From assembly GCA_963662275.1 (NCBI GenBank), contig OY759316.1, forward strand, positions 1,472,001 to 1,536,000: a stretch of DNA of 64,000 nt. The letters run 5' to 3'. The notes under the pieces were generated by a model that worked only from the letters and a program-made list of their open reading frames with translations, was not told where the DNA came from and ran no database searches. Positions 1 to 8,749 of the stretch are shown here, in pieces. Made by a program: the position numbers and the translations under genes. The stretch's first letter is position 1; the number at the start of each line of letters is the position of its first letter. This DNA is from Candidatus Cloacimonadales bacterium. Lineage in GTDB: Bacteria > Cloacimonadota > Cloacimonadia > Cloacimonadales > DAONDQ01.

Positions 1-10
1 CTGGCTGGGT

Positions 11-1819
11 ATGTTCCTATCAGCTATTTCCTATATTCTCATGTGGATGGGCAAAGATATCCTCATTCTCTATATCGCTGCGTATGCAGCATTAGGCTAC
101 AAGATCGTTTGGACAGCTCTCATCAATATCGTGAAGGGCAGATTACTGGATGAAAAGTTCCTCATGACCTTTGCCACCATTTCCGCCTTTGGTTTGGGAC
201 AGTATCCGGAAGCAGTAGGCGTCATGCTGTTCTACGAAATTGGGAACAGGCTGGAAGGCTTGGCAGTCCAACGTTCTAAGCGTTCCATCACTTCTTTATT
301 GGATTTGAAGCCTACCATCGTTCATAAGATGGAAGGACAAGCAATTTTGGATACTCTTCCAGCCCAAGTCAGTGTGGGGGAGAGGATACTGGTGAAACCG
401 GGGGAACGTATTCCTTTGGACGGTGTTATCCTGAAAGGTGAGACCTATCTTGATCAATCAGCCATCACTGGTGAATCCATTCCTGTCTTCATGGGTATCG
501 GTGCAGAAGTGCTGAGTGGAAGTGTGAATTTGAACACTGCCATAGAAATGAATGTCACGAAAGTCTTTGAAAATTCCTTTGTTTCCCGTATCCTGACTAT
601 GGTGCAGGATGCTTCAGGACGGAAAAGTCAAAGTGAGAACATGATTCACCGTCTTGCCATTTATTATACACCAATCGTAGTGGGGCTAGCCATTCTACTA
701 GCCATCTTACCGCCAATAATATTACAGGAAGCCTTTCATATTTGGTTTTACAGGGCTTTGATCTTTTTAGTAATATCCTGCCCTTGCGCCTTAGTTGTCT
801 CTATACCCTTAGCTTTCTTTGGCGGTATAGGTGCTGCTTCACGTCATGGCATCCTGATCAAGGGTGGAAATTACCTGGAAGCGTTACGCCAAGTGGATAC
901 AGTTGTCTTTGATAAAACTGGTACTCTTACAACCGGTAAGCTTCAAATACGAAATATTGCCCCCATCCAAGGCATTTCTGAACAACAATTACTGGAAACC
1001 GCAGCTTATGCTGATTCCTATTCCAATCATCCTATCGCCAAGTCTATTCGTAATGCATATGGTAAGGAAATTAAGACCAATGAAATCGAATCTTATGAAG
1101 AGATACCCGGATTAGGCACTGTGGCAGTTTGGGATCAAATACGCATTCTTGCAGGAAATGAGAAACTGTTGGCAAAAGAAGGGATCAAGTTACCCGCTGT
1201 TAATGTTTCAGGTACACTCGTTCATATTGCTGCTGGAGGAAATTACCTTGGTTCTATCGAAATCGGAGATGAATTACGAGCCAACGCTGCTGAAGTAATT
1301 ACCAACCTGAGAAAGGACGCTGTCAGTCGTATCATTATACTGAGCGGTGACAGGAAGGATAATGTAAATCAACTGGCAAAGCAGCTCGGTTTTGATGAAT
1401 ACTTTGCTGAGTTATTACCACAGGATAAACTTGCTAAAATGGACGAGATTGTTAATCATGCAAAGGGGAAGGTTGCCTTTATCGGTGATGGTATCAATGA
1501 TGCCCCTGTTCTCATGCGTGCTGACATCGGCATTGCGATGGGCGGTATCGGTTCTGATGCTGCCATTGAAGCAGCGGATGTCGTTTTTATGCGTGACGAT
1601 TTGAAAAGAATGTTGGTTTCCCGAAGAATCTCGAATTATACAAATAAGATCGTCTGGCAGAATATATATTTTGCATTGGGAGTGAAGGCAGCTATTATGG
1701 GACTTGGAACTTTCGGTTATACAAACCTTTGGGGAGCTGTTTTTGCTGATGTGGGTGTAGCCTTGCTTGCTGTTTTGAATAGTATTTTGATTCTGAGGAA
1801 TAAAAAGCTGGAATCGTAA
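11..1819 (+). CDS. cadA: Heavy-metal (Cd/Zn/Co) P1B-type ATPase; true start probably upstream of the window
   Basis: TGES, CPC, DKTGTLT, HP and GDGINDAP motifs. Confidence 0.9.
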   Translation: MFLSAISYILMWMGKDILILYIAAYAALGYKIVWTALINIVKGRLLDEKFLMTFATISAFGLGQYPEAVGVMLFYEIGNRLEGLAVQRSKRSITSLLDLKPTIVHKMEGQAILDTLPAQVSVGERILVKPGERIPLDGVILKGETYLDQSAITGESIPVFMGIGAEVLSGSVNLNTAIEMNVTKVFENSFVSRILTMVQDASGRKSQSENMIHRLAIYYTPIVVGLAILLAILPPIILQEAFHIWFYRALIFLVISCPCALVVSIPLAFFGGIGAASRHGILIKGGNYLEALRQVDTVVFDKTGTLTTGKLQIRNIAPIQGISEQQLLETAAYADSYSNHPIAKSIRNAYGKEIKTNEIESYEEIPGLGTVAVWDQIRILAGNEKLLAKEGIKLPAVNVSGTLVHIAAGGNYLGSIEIGDELRANAAEVITNLRKDAVSRIIILSGDRKDNVNQLAKQLGFDEYFAELLPQDKLAKMDEIVNHAKGKVAFIGDGINDAPVLMRADIGIAMGGIGSDAAIEAADVVFMRDDLKRMLVSRRISNYTNKIVWQNIYFALGVKAAIMGLGTFGYTNLWGAVFADVGVALLAVLNSILILRNKKLES

Positions 1820-1861
1820 AATGGGTCTGTTGTATAGAATAGGAATGTTGAATCGACCTTT

Positions 1862-2026
1862 CCTCCCTCCCTTTAACCAAAGGGAGGGAAGTCAGACAAG
1901 TCATTTCTTCCTTTCCTTTAACCAAAGGGAGGGAGGTCAGACAAGCCATTTCTTCCTTTCCTTTAACCAAAGGGAGGAAGGTCAGACAAGTCATTTCTTT
2001 CTTCCTTTTATCCAAAGGGAGGAAAG
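1862..2026. repeat. Tandem 45-bp repeat (~4 copies), each with a CCCTTT-AACC-AAAGGG hairpin (REP-like)
   Basis: cctttaaccaaagggagggaagtcagacaagtcatttcttcctttc repeated; the overlapping ORF shows a 15-aa period. Confidence 0.9.
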
Positions 2027-2052
2027 CCAGCTAAGTCATATAAAGAGGTATT

Positions 2053-2397
2053 ATGTGGTATTTTATTCTTAAAGTGTTCATCTCCGCTATCATTATTGCC
2101 CTGATCTCCTGGATTTCCCAGAAGAGTACTTTATGGGGTGGTATACTGGCTTCTGTGCCCCTGACATCGCTGTTGGCTATTCTCTGGTTATTCAGGGATA
2201 CTCATGATTTAGAAAAGATATCCAATCTCTGCAAGGACATTTTCTGGCTTGTTCTTCCATCCCTGGCATTTTTCCTGATCCTGCCCTACCTGATCAAACT
2301 TAAAGTGAATTTTGGTTTAGCTATGAGTATATCCATTGTTATTGTTGTTATTCTCTATTATCTGACTATCTTGATTTTGAAAAGGCATGGAGTGTGA
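2053..2397 (+). CDS. Small membrane protein, DUF3147-like
   Basis: Four hydrophobic segments, GGILASVPLTSLLA motif, SD GAGGT. Confidence 0.7.
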   Translation: MWYFILKVFISAIIIALISWISQKSTLWGGILASVPLTSLLAILWLFRDTHDLEKISNLCKDIFWLVLPSLAFFLILPYLIKLKVNFGLAMSISIVIVVILYYLTILILKRHGV

Positions 2398-2400
2398 ATC

Positions 2401-2886
2401 ATGATATCAATCATCGCAGCTATGGATAAAAACAGGTTAATTGGAAAAGACAATCGTATACCTTGGAAGATTCATGAAGATCTTATCTATTTTCGAAAAA
2501 CTACCATGGGGCATACCGTAGTCATGGGCAGAAAAACGCATGAATCACTGGGAAGACCTTTAGACGGACGGGCGAATATAGTGCTTACAAGACAGAAGAA
2601 TTATCATTGTACAGACTGCATGGTTTTGCATTCTGTCCAGGAAGTGCTCGATATGTTTTCTGATGAGGAAGTGTTTATTATTGGCGGTTTTGAAATATTC
2701 AAGGCATTCCTTCCTTATGTGAAACGGATGTATCTGACTAAGATAGATAAAGCTTATGAAGGGGATATCTGGTTCCCTGTATATGACGAAAAAGAATGGG
2801 TATTGGAATCTTTTGAAAATCATGTAACAACGGATAATACTCAAACAAACTTTGCTTTTCTGGTTTATTCAAAGAAGGAAATTTAA
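2401..2886 (+). CDS. folA: Dihydrofolate reductase
   Basis: IG..N.IPW, VVMGRKTHES, PLDGRANIVLT, IIGG, EGDIWFP. Confidence 0.95.
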   Translation: MISIIAAMDKNRLIGKDNRIPWKIHEDLIYFRKTTMGHTVVMGRKTHESLGRPLDGRANIVLTRQKNYHCTDCMVLHSVQEVLDMFSDEEVFIIGGFEIFKAFLPYVKRMYLTKIDKAYEGDIWFPVYDEKEWVLESFENHVTTDNTQTNFAFLVYSKKEI

Positions 2887-3165
2887 CTACAAACTCACTC
2901 CCGACTTCTCTCTTGGACATAAGTTAGAAAATATACAGTCTTTCCCTACCGATCTTCTACTATCTGGAAATGAATGGATTTATTTGAAAGCTAAGGATTT
3001 GGAGTTCAATTTCCCGAGCAAAACTATCAGTAACCACCTAGCTAAAAGGGAAATTGGACTTCAAACCGATCTTTCATTCTCGGCAGTGAAACTCGTTTTC
3101 AGGGAAGTTCATATTGTGTTACTTTAGGGGATTGAGATTGAGAGCATACCTTTTATTGGTAAAAT

Positions 3166-3280
3166 AAAAAAGGGAGAGATAAAATCTCTCCCTTAACTCT
3201 GTGAATATGAGTTCTGAGCCATTCGGGATGGCTGTTCCTTCAACCGCGTTGAAGGAGCGAGTCTCTCATTCATTTAATAA
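3166..3280 (-). ncRNA. Candidate structured small RNA, copy 1
   Basis: TTGCTT...TATCTT promoter-like motif, closing stem TGAATGAG/CTCATATTCA, hairpin CCTTCAAC-GCG-GTTGAAGG, terminator AGGGAGAG/CTCTCCCT plus T-run. Confidence 0.55.
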
Positions 3281-3337
3281 GATAATAGAATTTCTGGAAA
3301 AGCAAAGAAATTATTTCTATTTAATAGATTTAGAATT

Positions 3338-3450
3338 AAAAAAAAGGGAGAGGTTTCTCTCCCTTAGCTTAATGAATTTATGCAGTTCTGTATATTTGGG
3401 TGGCTGTTCCTTCAACCACAGTTGAAGAATCAAGTCTCTCATTCATTAAT
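3338..3450 (-). ncRNA. Candidate structured small RNA, copy 2 (diverged paralog)
   Basis: Same promoter motif, TTAATGAAT/ATTCATTAA stem, CTTCAAC-TGTG-GTTGAAG hairpin, same terminator. Confidence 0.55.
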
Positions 3451-3805
3451 AAGATAATCCATTACCTGTAAAAAGCAAGGAAAACAACATGTAACATAAT
3501 AAGCATTTCCCATCATAGACATGATTGGATATGCTGTTGAACAAGCTCAAGTAGCAGGGTGATTTTGAATATGTATTTGGAAATTGCTTTTTGAAGATTT
3601 CTTGGGTTGAATTGGATTTTTACAATTTTAGCAGAGTCTTTTACCAATGGAAGAGATGATTTTCTTTTCAGAAGTTATCAAATCACTTTGAGATCAGACT
3701 TTTTGTGTATGGGCTGATATTGTTTTCAAGTATTTTAGCAAATTGCCTGTAATATTTCGGTTGTTTCTATAATTTAGGCAAGACAATCCCGTCGGTAAAA
3801 TTAAC

Positions 3806-4948
3806 TTACAGTTTACCGCCATCAAAGCAATTTGCCAAAAACAACAGCGACCAAGGCGGTGATCTTGGTTTTCCGGTAATTGAAGCATGCTGTGTCATCT
3901 TTGATTTGCAATTAGGGCAGAGGTCTTTTTCAAATTTGGGAATTACAAAAGTTTTAGCTGTCTGATTCTTGTCATTAGAATCGGACTTTGCTGGGAAAAA
4001 GCTGTTGACCATCTCCCAGACAGATTTTGCCGCCGGACTGAGAAATCCGTAGTATCTGATTTTCTGAAATCCCTGCGGCAGAACATGCATCAGGAACTTA
4101 TTGATAAACTCCACGGAGTCGACGCTTTTAAAGGCGAATTTAGCTGAACCTGCCGGCTTGTATTTAAAGGTTACCAGCCCGTCCTTTTCCCAAAGGATGC
4201 GATTGTTGGTGATGGCGGTCCGATACACATAATTGGCCAAATAAGTCAGAGCCTCCCGACCTTTTCCGACGGGTCGGGAGTCTGTGACAAACTCTTTTTG
4301 CTGCCAGACTAGCGGGGATATCCGACCAAACAGATGCTGATTTTCCAGTCGAAGCAAATCACGGAATTTTGCCCGGTAAATCACCGAAAGAGCTTTGACC
4401 GGAATCAGGAACTTATTGCCTGCTTTTTGCCATTCCTTTCGTTCTTTATTCCAAGCTCCGCCGGGGACTATATAATGAATATGAGGATGATATTCAAGCT
4501 GCCTTGTCCAGGTATGAAGTACCCCGGTAAAGCCTGAAACGCCACCGGCATATTTGGGATCTGAAAGCAATGTCTTTAAGGCTTCAGATGATGCTTTGAA
4601 CTGAAGATCATAAAGCAGTTTCTGATTTGACAGGCATGTTTTGTGCAGTTCCCGGGGTATGGTGAAAGTTACCATGAAGTACTTAACCGGCAGCAGTTTG
4701 GCAAGCTGCTTTTCCAGCCATTTCGCTGAATCATTACGGCCACACTTCGGGCAGTGACGGTTTTTGCAGGAATGATAGGAATAATGCAGTTCCGCACATT
4801 CCTGGCATAAATAGACTTCTCCGCCCAGTTCAGGTGTCCGGCAAAGGAGAATATCTCTGATCGCTCTTAAATGGCTTTCCGGTGACTGGTTTCCATATTT
4901 TTCCAGATACTCGGACAGGTTGTTTTTGAGAATCCTGCTAAAATCCAT
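3806..4948 (-). CDS. IS91-family (Y2 HUH) transposase with Zn-binding domain
   Basis: CRT..LGG, HSCKNRHCPKC, LHTW, HPHIH (HUH), YLANYVYR, RYYGFL. Confidence 0.92.
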   Translation of the reverse strand: MDFSRILKNNLSEYLEKYGNQSPESHLRAIRDILLCRTPELGGEVYLCQECAELHYSYHSCKNRHCPKCGRNDSAKWLEKQLAKLLPVKYFMVTFTIPRELHKTCLSNQKLLYDLQFKASSEALKTLLSDPKYAGGVSGFTGVLHTWTRQLEYHPHIHYIVPGGAWNKERKEWQKAGNKFLIPVKALSVIYRAKFRDLLRLENQHLFGRISPLVWQQKEFVTDSRPVGKGREALTYLANYVYRTAITNNRILWEKDGLVTFKYKPAGSAKFAFKSVDSVEFINKFLMHVLPQGFQKIRYYGFLSPAAKSVWEMVNSFFPAKSDSNDKNQTAKTFVIPKFEKDLCPNCKSKMTQHASITGKPRSPPWSLLFLANCFDGGKL

Positions 4949-5821
4949 TTACATCTTATTCATCAGTTCATTGATGATTTTACATGACTGCTCTCGGGAA
5001 ACGTTAGTCAAATGCACGTATACCATGGTCGCTCTAAGACTTTCGTGCCCGAGCAAGTCTTTGATGATGATGATACTGACACCTGCTTCCAATAAATGTG
5101 TGGCATAAGAATGTCTGAGTGTATGACAGGTTACATGCTTAGGGATGCGTGTCTCCTTTAAGGCTGACTTCAGAGCTGACCGAAGAGTTTGGACAGAAAT
5201 CTGGTTCGAGGTTGTCATTCTGTTAATATCAGCCTGTCTGGTGCTTCTGCTCGGGAATAAAAGCTGTCTGTTCTGATGGGTTTTCCAATATTCCCGGAGT
5301 TCCTGATACAATTTTTCAGGCAGAGGTATTGACCTGTCTTTGTTGCCTTTGGATTGCCTTACCGTGATGGTCATCAATTCCCGGTTGATATCGGCTATTT
5401 TAATCTTGACTGCTTCCGAAATCCTTAATCCGCATTGATAGGTAAGAGTCAGTAAGAGTCGATAATCATAAGTATGAATGCGGGAGATAAGCATTCTAAC
5501 TTCGTCTGTGGTCAGAATCACAGGAAGTTTGTGCTCAATCTTTGCCTTAAAAAAGGTAAAATCCTCTTGCCTGAAACCAACAACATGGATGAAAAAAAAT
5601 CTGATGCCATAATAGGCTGATTTTAAACTCTGAGGACTATAATTCTTGACGTTATGCAGGTAGACAAAATATGTTCTTACCTGTTCAATAGATAGTGTGC
5701 CGGGGTCTTGACCATAATATGATGCTAAAGAAGTGACTTGTCTGATGTAATTGTATTTTGTCTCTCGGGACACGCCTCGAAGATCAAGGCACTCTAAAAA
5801 GCGAACTTCGTATGATTCCAT
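4949..5821 (-). CDS. Tyrosine recombinase/integrase
   Basis: GLRISE, KGNKDR, HTLRHSYATHLLE, LLGH, catalytic Y in VYVH; SD GGAGGT. Confidence 0.93.
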   Translation of the reverse strand: MESYEVRFLECLDLRGVSRETKYNYIRQVTSLASYYGQDPGTLSIEQVRTYFVYLHNVKNYSPQSLKSAYYGIRFFFIHVVGFRQEDFTFFKAKIEHKLPVILTTDEVRMLISRIHTYDYRLLLTLTYQCGLRISEAVKIKIADINRELMTITVRQSKGNKDRSIPLPEKLYQELREYWKTHQNRQLLFPSRSTRQADINRMTTSNQISVQTLRSALKSALKETRIPKHVTCHTLRHSYATHLLEAGVSIIIIKDLLGHESLRATMVYVHLTNVSREQSCKIINELMNKM

Positions 5822-5972
5822 ACTTACCTCCAGTTAATTTTGGGGGTAAGTATGCTTTTAGTGAGGGTTCAGTATATCAATAGTTTAAATGCATGAAACA
5901 CGAGTTTACTGCGAACGGTACTGCTGCTTGCAGCTTCGTTCAACAAGATGCAATCATATGTAACAACCAATC

Positions 5973-6036
5973 GTAGCACGAACAGTCTAGTCTGTTTTGT
6001 GAGAGTTTCGTCCCGAACTTGAAACGGACTGCAGAA
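5973..6036. repeat. Dispersed ~60-bp element, copy 1 (copy 2 at 16076-16139)
   Basis: gtagcacgaacagtctagtctgttttgtgagagtttcgtcccgaacttgaaa, nearly identical to 16076. Confidence 0.8.
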
Positions 6037-6170
6037 GATTCCAGGTTTCAAAACTAATGCTTATTCAAACAGAATTAATATGGAACAGACAATCGATATT
6101 TAATCACTTGACAACAATTTAATGAAAATGAAATTTAGTAAATTCATTATATCAACATGGAGGTAATTTC

Positions 6171-7127
6171 ATGAGAACATCTCTTCTCTTCATAGTCTTA
6201 TGTTTCGTTCTTGCCGGATGTGCAACGATGAAACAAGAGACACCTCAACCTGTTCAGAACATAGATCAGGTTAAACAGAATCAACCTAATCCTCCTGCTC
6301 CCAAGAGCGAATACACATTAAAGCGTAAGATTGCCATTGCCAGGTTTACAAATGAAACAAGAACCGCCAACAGCTTTTTAACTAGTGGCACAGAAATTAA
6401 GGATAAATTGAGTAAACAGGCGACGGATATCCTTTCCACAAAACTGGCTATGACAGGTAACTTCATCCTGATAGAAAGACAGGATACGGTTGCATATTTA
6501 AATGAGCAACGAGTTTCCAATATAGAGCGATTGCAGATTCCTGCAGATTATATGATTGTAGGTTCTATCACGGAATTTGGAAGAAAAGTCAACGGCGATG
6601 TTGGTTTGATTGGTAGAACGAAGAAGCAGACTGCTTTTGCGAAAGTATCATTAAGGATTATCAATACTAAGACAGGAATTGTCATTTATGGTGAAGAAGG
6701 TTCCGGTGAAGCTACTTCAGAAGTGGGAACGGTTCTGGGCATGGGTTCGCAAGCCGGATATGATGAAACTCTGACGGATAAGGCAATAGATACAGCAATC
6801 ACCAGCGTGATTCAGAACCTACTGAATAAATTGTATGATCAGCCATGGAAATCCTATATTCTTTCCAACGATAATAATGTCATTTATATCTCGGGAGGCG
6901 CGAAACAGGGTATTAAGGTTGGCGATGTATTTCAAATCATGAAGAGTGGTAAGATGGTGAATAATCCGCAAACGAACATACCTGTTGAATTACCTGCAAC
7001 GAAGATTGGAAGTCTTAAAGTAGTGAATTTGATTCCTGGTGAAGAGTTGACTGAACTATCCGAGTGCCAGGTTGTAGATGGCAGCCTGGCTAATGTTGAC
7101 ATCAAATCATTATTTATCAGCAAATAA
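6171..7127 (+). CDS. CsgG/HfaB-family lipoprotein
   Basis: Lipobox LAGC, KRKIAIARFTNET, FILIERQD, GSITEFGR. Confidence 0.85.
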   Translation: MRTSLLFIVLCFVLAGCATMKQETPQPVQNIDQVKQNQPNPPAPKSEYTLKRKIAIARFTNETRTANSFLTSGTEIKDKLSKQATDILSTKLAMTGNFILIERQDTVAYLNEQRVSNIERLQIPADYMIVGSITEFGRKVNGDVGLIGRTKKQTAFAKVSLRIINTKTGIVIYGEEGSGEATSEVGTVLGMGSQAGYDETLTDKAIDTAITSVIQNLLNKLYDQPWKSYILSNDNNVIYISGGAKQGIKVGDVFQIMKSGKMVNNPQTNIPVELPATKIGSLKVVNLIPGEELTELSECQVVDGSLANVDIKSLFISK

Positions 7128-7136
7128 GGAGAGAAA

Positions 7137-7448
7137 ATGAAAGGGCTATACTTGATCCTGGTCTCCAGCATCGTAATTCTACTGCTCTGCTCATGCAGCG
7201 TTACGAAGATAAATAACTCTTCGACAGTAAAAGCTGACTTAGGGTATATACACATTACCGGCAATGTAGAGGGGATAAGCGTTTATATCAATAATGTTGA
7301 GCAAGTCCTGGTATATAAGCACAACTCGGCTCTAATACAGGTTCCTGCCGGGAATTATGAATTGAAAATAACGAGAGCTAACTCCACCCTAGTGGATCAA
7401 AAAATCATCGTATCCATATCAAATACAACGGAGGTAATTGTTCCATGA
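7137..7448 (+). CDS. Small lipoprotein, PEGA-like beta domain
   Basis: Lipobox-like CSC, SVYINN, VPAGNYELKIT. Confidence 0.6.
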   Translation: MKGLYLILVSSIVILLLCSCSVTKINNSSTVKADLGYIHITGNVEGISVYINNVEQVLVYKHNSALIQVPAGNYELKITRANSTLVDQKIIVSISNTTEVIVP

Positions 7449-7795
7449 GAAAACTAAGATTCATCATTTTAGGTATCGTTGTCCTGTCATTCGCAGGTTG
7501 TGCCACTCAAACACAGTTATATTATTATGGTGATTATTCCCATAAGTACTACAACATGGTTAAAAAACAGGATGATGCAAGTAAGCAAGGCTTTATCAAA
7601 ACATTGGACAACATTATCAGTAAATCCCAAAAACAGGATAATTCTCCTGTTCCCCCAGGTATCTATTGTGACTATGGGATGATGATGGTAGGTCAGTCCA
7701 GACCTGATGAAGCGCAAAAGTATTTTAATCTTGAGAAAAGCCATTGGCCTGAATCAGCTCCTTTGATGGATTACTTGATTCAATTATATAAGTAA
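7445..7795 (+). CDS. DUF4810-family lipoprotein
   Basis: FAGC lipobox, LYYYGDY, VPPGIYCDYG, EK..WPES; typical partner of CsgG. Confidence 0.85.
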   Translation: MRKLRFIILGIVVLSFAGCATQTQLYYYGDYSHKYYNMVKKQDDASKQGFIKTLDNIISKSQKQDNSPVPPGIYCDYGMMMVGQSRPDEAQKYFNLEKSHWPESAPLMDYLIQLYK

Positions 7796-7806
7796 TAGGA
7801 GAAAAG

Positions 7807-8496
7807 ATGAAAGACCGTTTATTGATCTGCCTTGTAGTACTGTTCATATTATTTCTTACAGGATGCGCTACAGTTAAAACAAAAACCATGCAGGATATCT
7901 ACCCCAAAATGTATTCAAACAGACCTGCATCCATATTGATATTACCTCCCATGAATAAATCTACAGCCTCTGAAGCTAAGGAGTATTTCTCATGCTCCTT
8001 GGCTGAACCCCTTGCACAAATGGGATATTACCCCATGCCAGTGGAAGCTATTTTTTCAGTTCTGAAGCAGGAAGGATTGTACGATACAGAATCGATCAGC
8101 CCGGCTGTTTTGGCGAATCTTAGAAAATACTTCGGGGCAGATGCCGTGCTTGTAACAACTATCGATACCTGGCAGAAATCATATGTTGGTTTAGCTGGAA
8201 GTCTGACCATTGGAGCGACATACGAAATACTAGATACACAGACTGCTGAAAAGCTGTGGGATTTTCACGCAAACATAGTCGTTTCACTGACATCATCAAG
8301 TAACAACTTATTGGGACAACTAGTCGAAACAGCCATCAAAACAGCAGTCGAAGACTACTTTTCAAATGCTCAAAAAGCCAATAATTATACTTTTTATCAT
8401 TATCTTCCAAGCGGAAAACATCACTCCAAAGTTAATGCCGATGGCATAAATATTGTTCCTGCATCTAAAAGCGCTATCATCCGAATATCCAAATAA
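7807..8496 (+). CDS. DUF799/GNA1162-family lipoprotein
   Basis: LTGC lipobox, YPKMY..RPASILILPPMNKS, PLAQMGYY, FGADAVL. Confidence 0.85.
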   Translation: MKDRLLICLVVLFILFLTGCATVKTKTMQDIYPKMYSNRPASILILPPMNKSTASEAKEYFSCSLAEPLAQMGYYPMPVEAIFSVLKQEGLYDTESISPAVLANLRKYFGADAVLVTTIDTWQKSYVGLAGSLTIGATYEILDTQTAEKLWDFHANIVVSLTSSSNNLLGQLVETAIKTAVEDYFSNAQKANNYTFYHYLPSGKHHSKVNADGINIVPASKSAIIRISK

Positions 8497-8749
8497 GGAA
8501 CTAAGAAATAGACTGATCTTATAGAAATGCAGTATTCTCCCCCCTAACGAGGGGGGAGTTTTTGAACCCTTAAACCATTCTGCCATTGAATTACTAGGCG
8601 GTATACTAAGGAATCCTTTCAAATGCTTGTGTTACCACAACGAAAAGCAACAGTAAAGACGCTTTTTAACCAGTTGAAGTAAAAAAATGATCTGGAAATA
8701 ATGAAAGACATCTGAAACGAATGACTAAATATTGAAAGTCCTGAACACC

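Larger units (their letters stand above)
3535..5945 (-). mobile_element. IS91-like element carrying a tyrosine recombinase
   Basis: Two coupled genes bounded by inverted motifs TGTTGAACAAGC (3535-3546) and GCTTCGTTCAACA (5933-5945); ends inferred. Confidence 0.7.

Noticed and set aside
1695..2072. ORFs 1821..2072 and 1695..2015
   Set aside because: Translations of the 45-bp repeat
3166..3450. Tandem glycine riboswitch (GAGAGAC...GAAGGA...CAG)
   Set aside because: GAAG is locked in a perfect hairpin, each copy has its own promoter and terminator, and there is no downstream gene on that strand
3488..3515. dif-like site (TTATGTTACAT on the minus strand)
   Set aside because: The XerD-like arm is plausible but the XerC arm matches poorly
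4949..5821. Integron integrase
   Set aside because: No IntI-specific insertion or attC cassette array is evident; it is coupled to an IS91-type transposase
6171..8496. Curli biogenesis locus
   Set aside because: No csgA/B/E/F; this is the widespread CsgG-DUF4810-DUF799 lipoprotein operon
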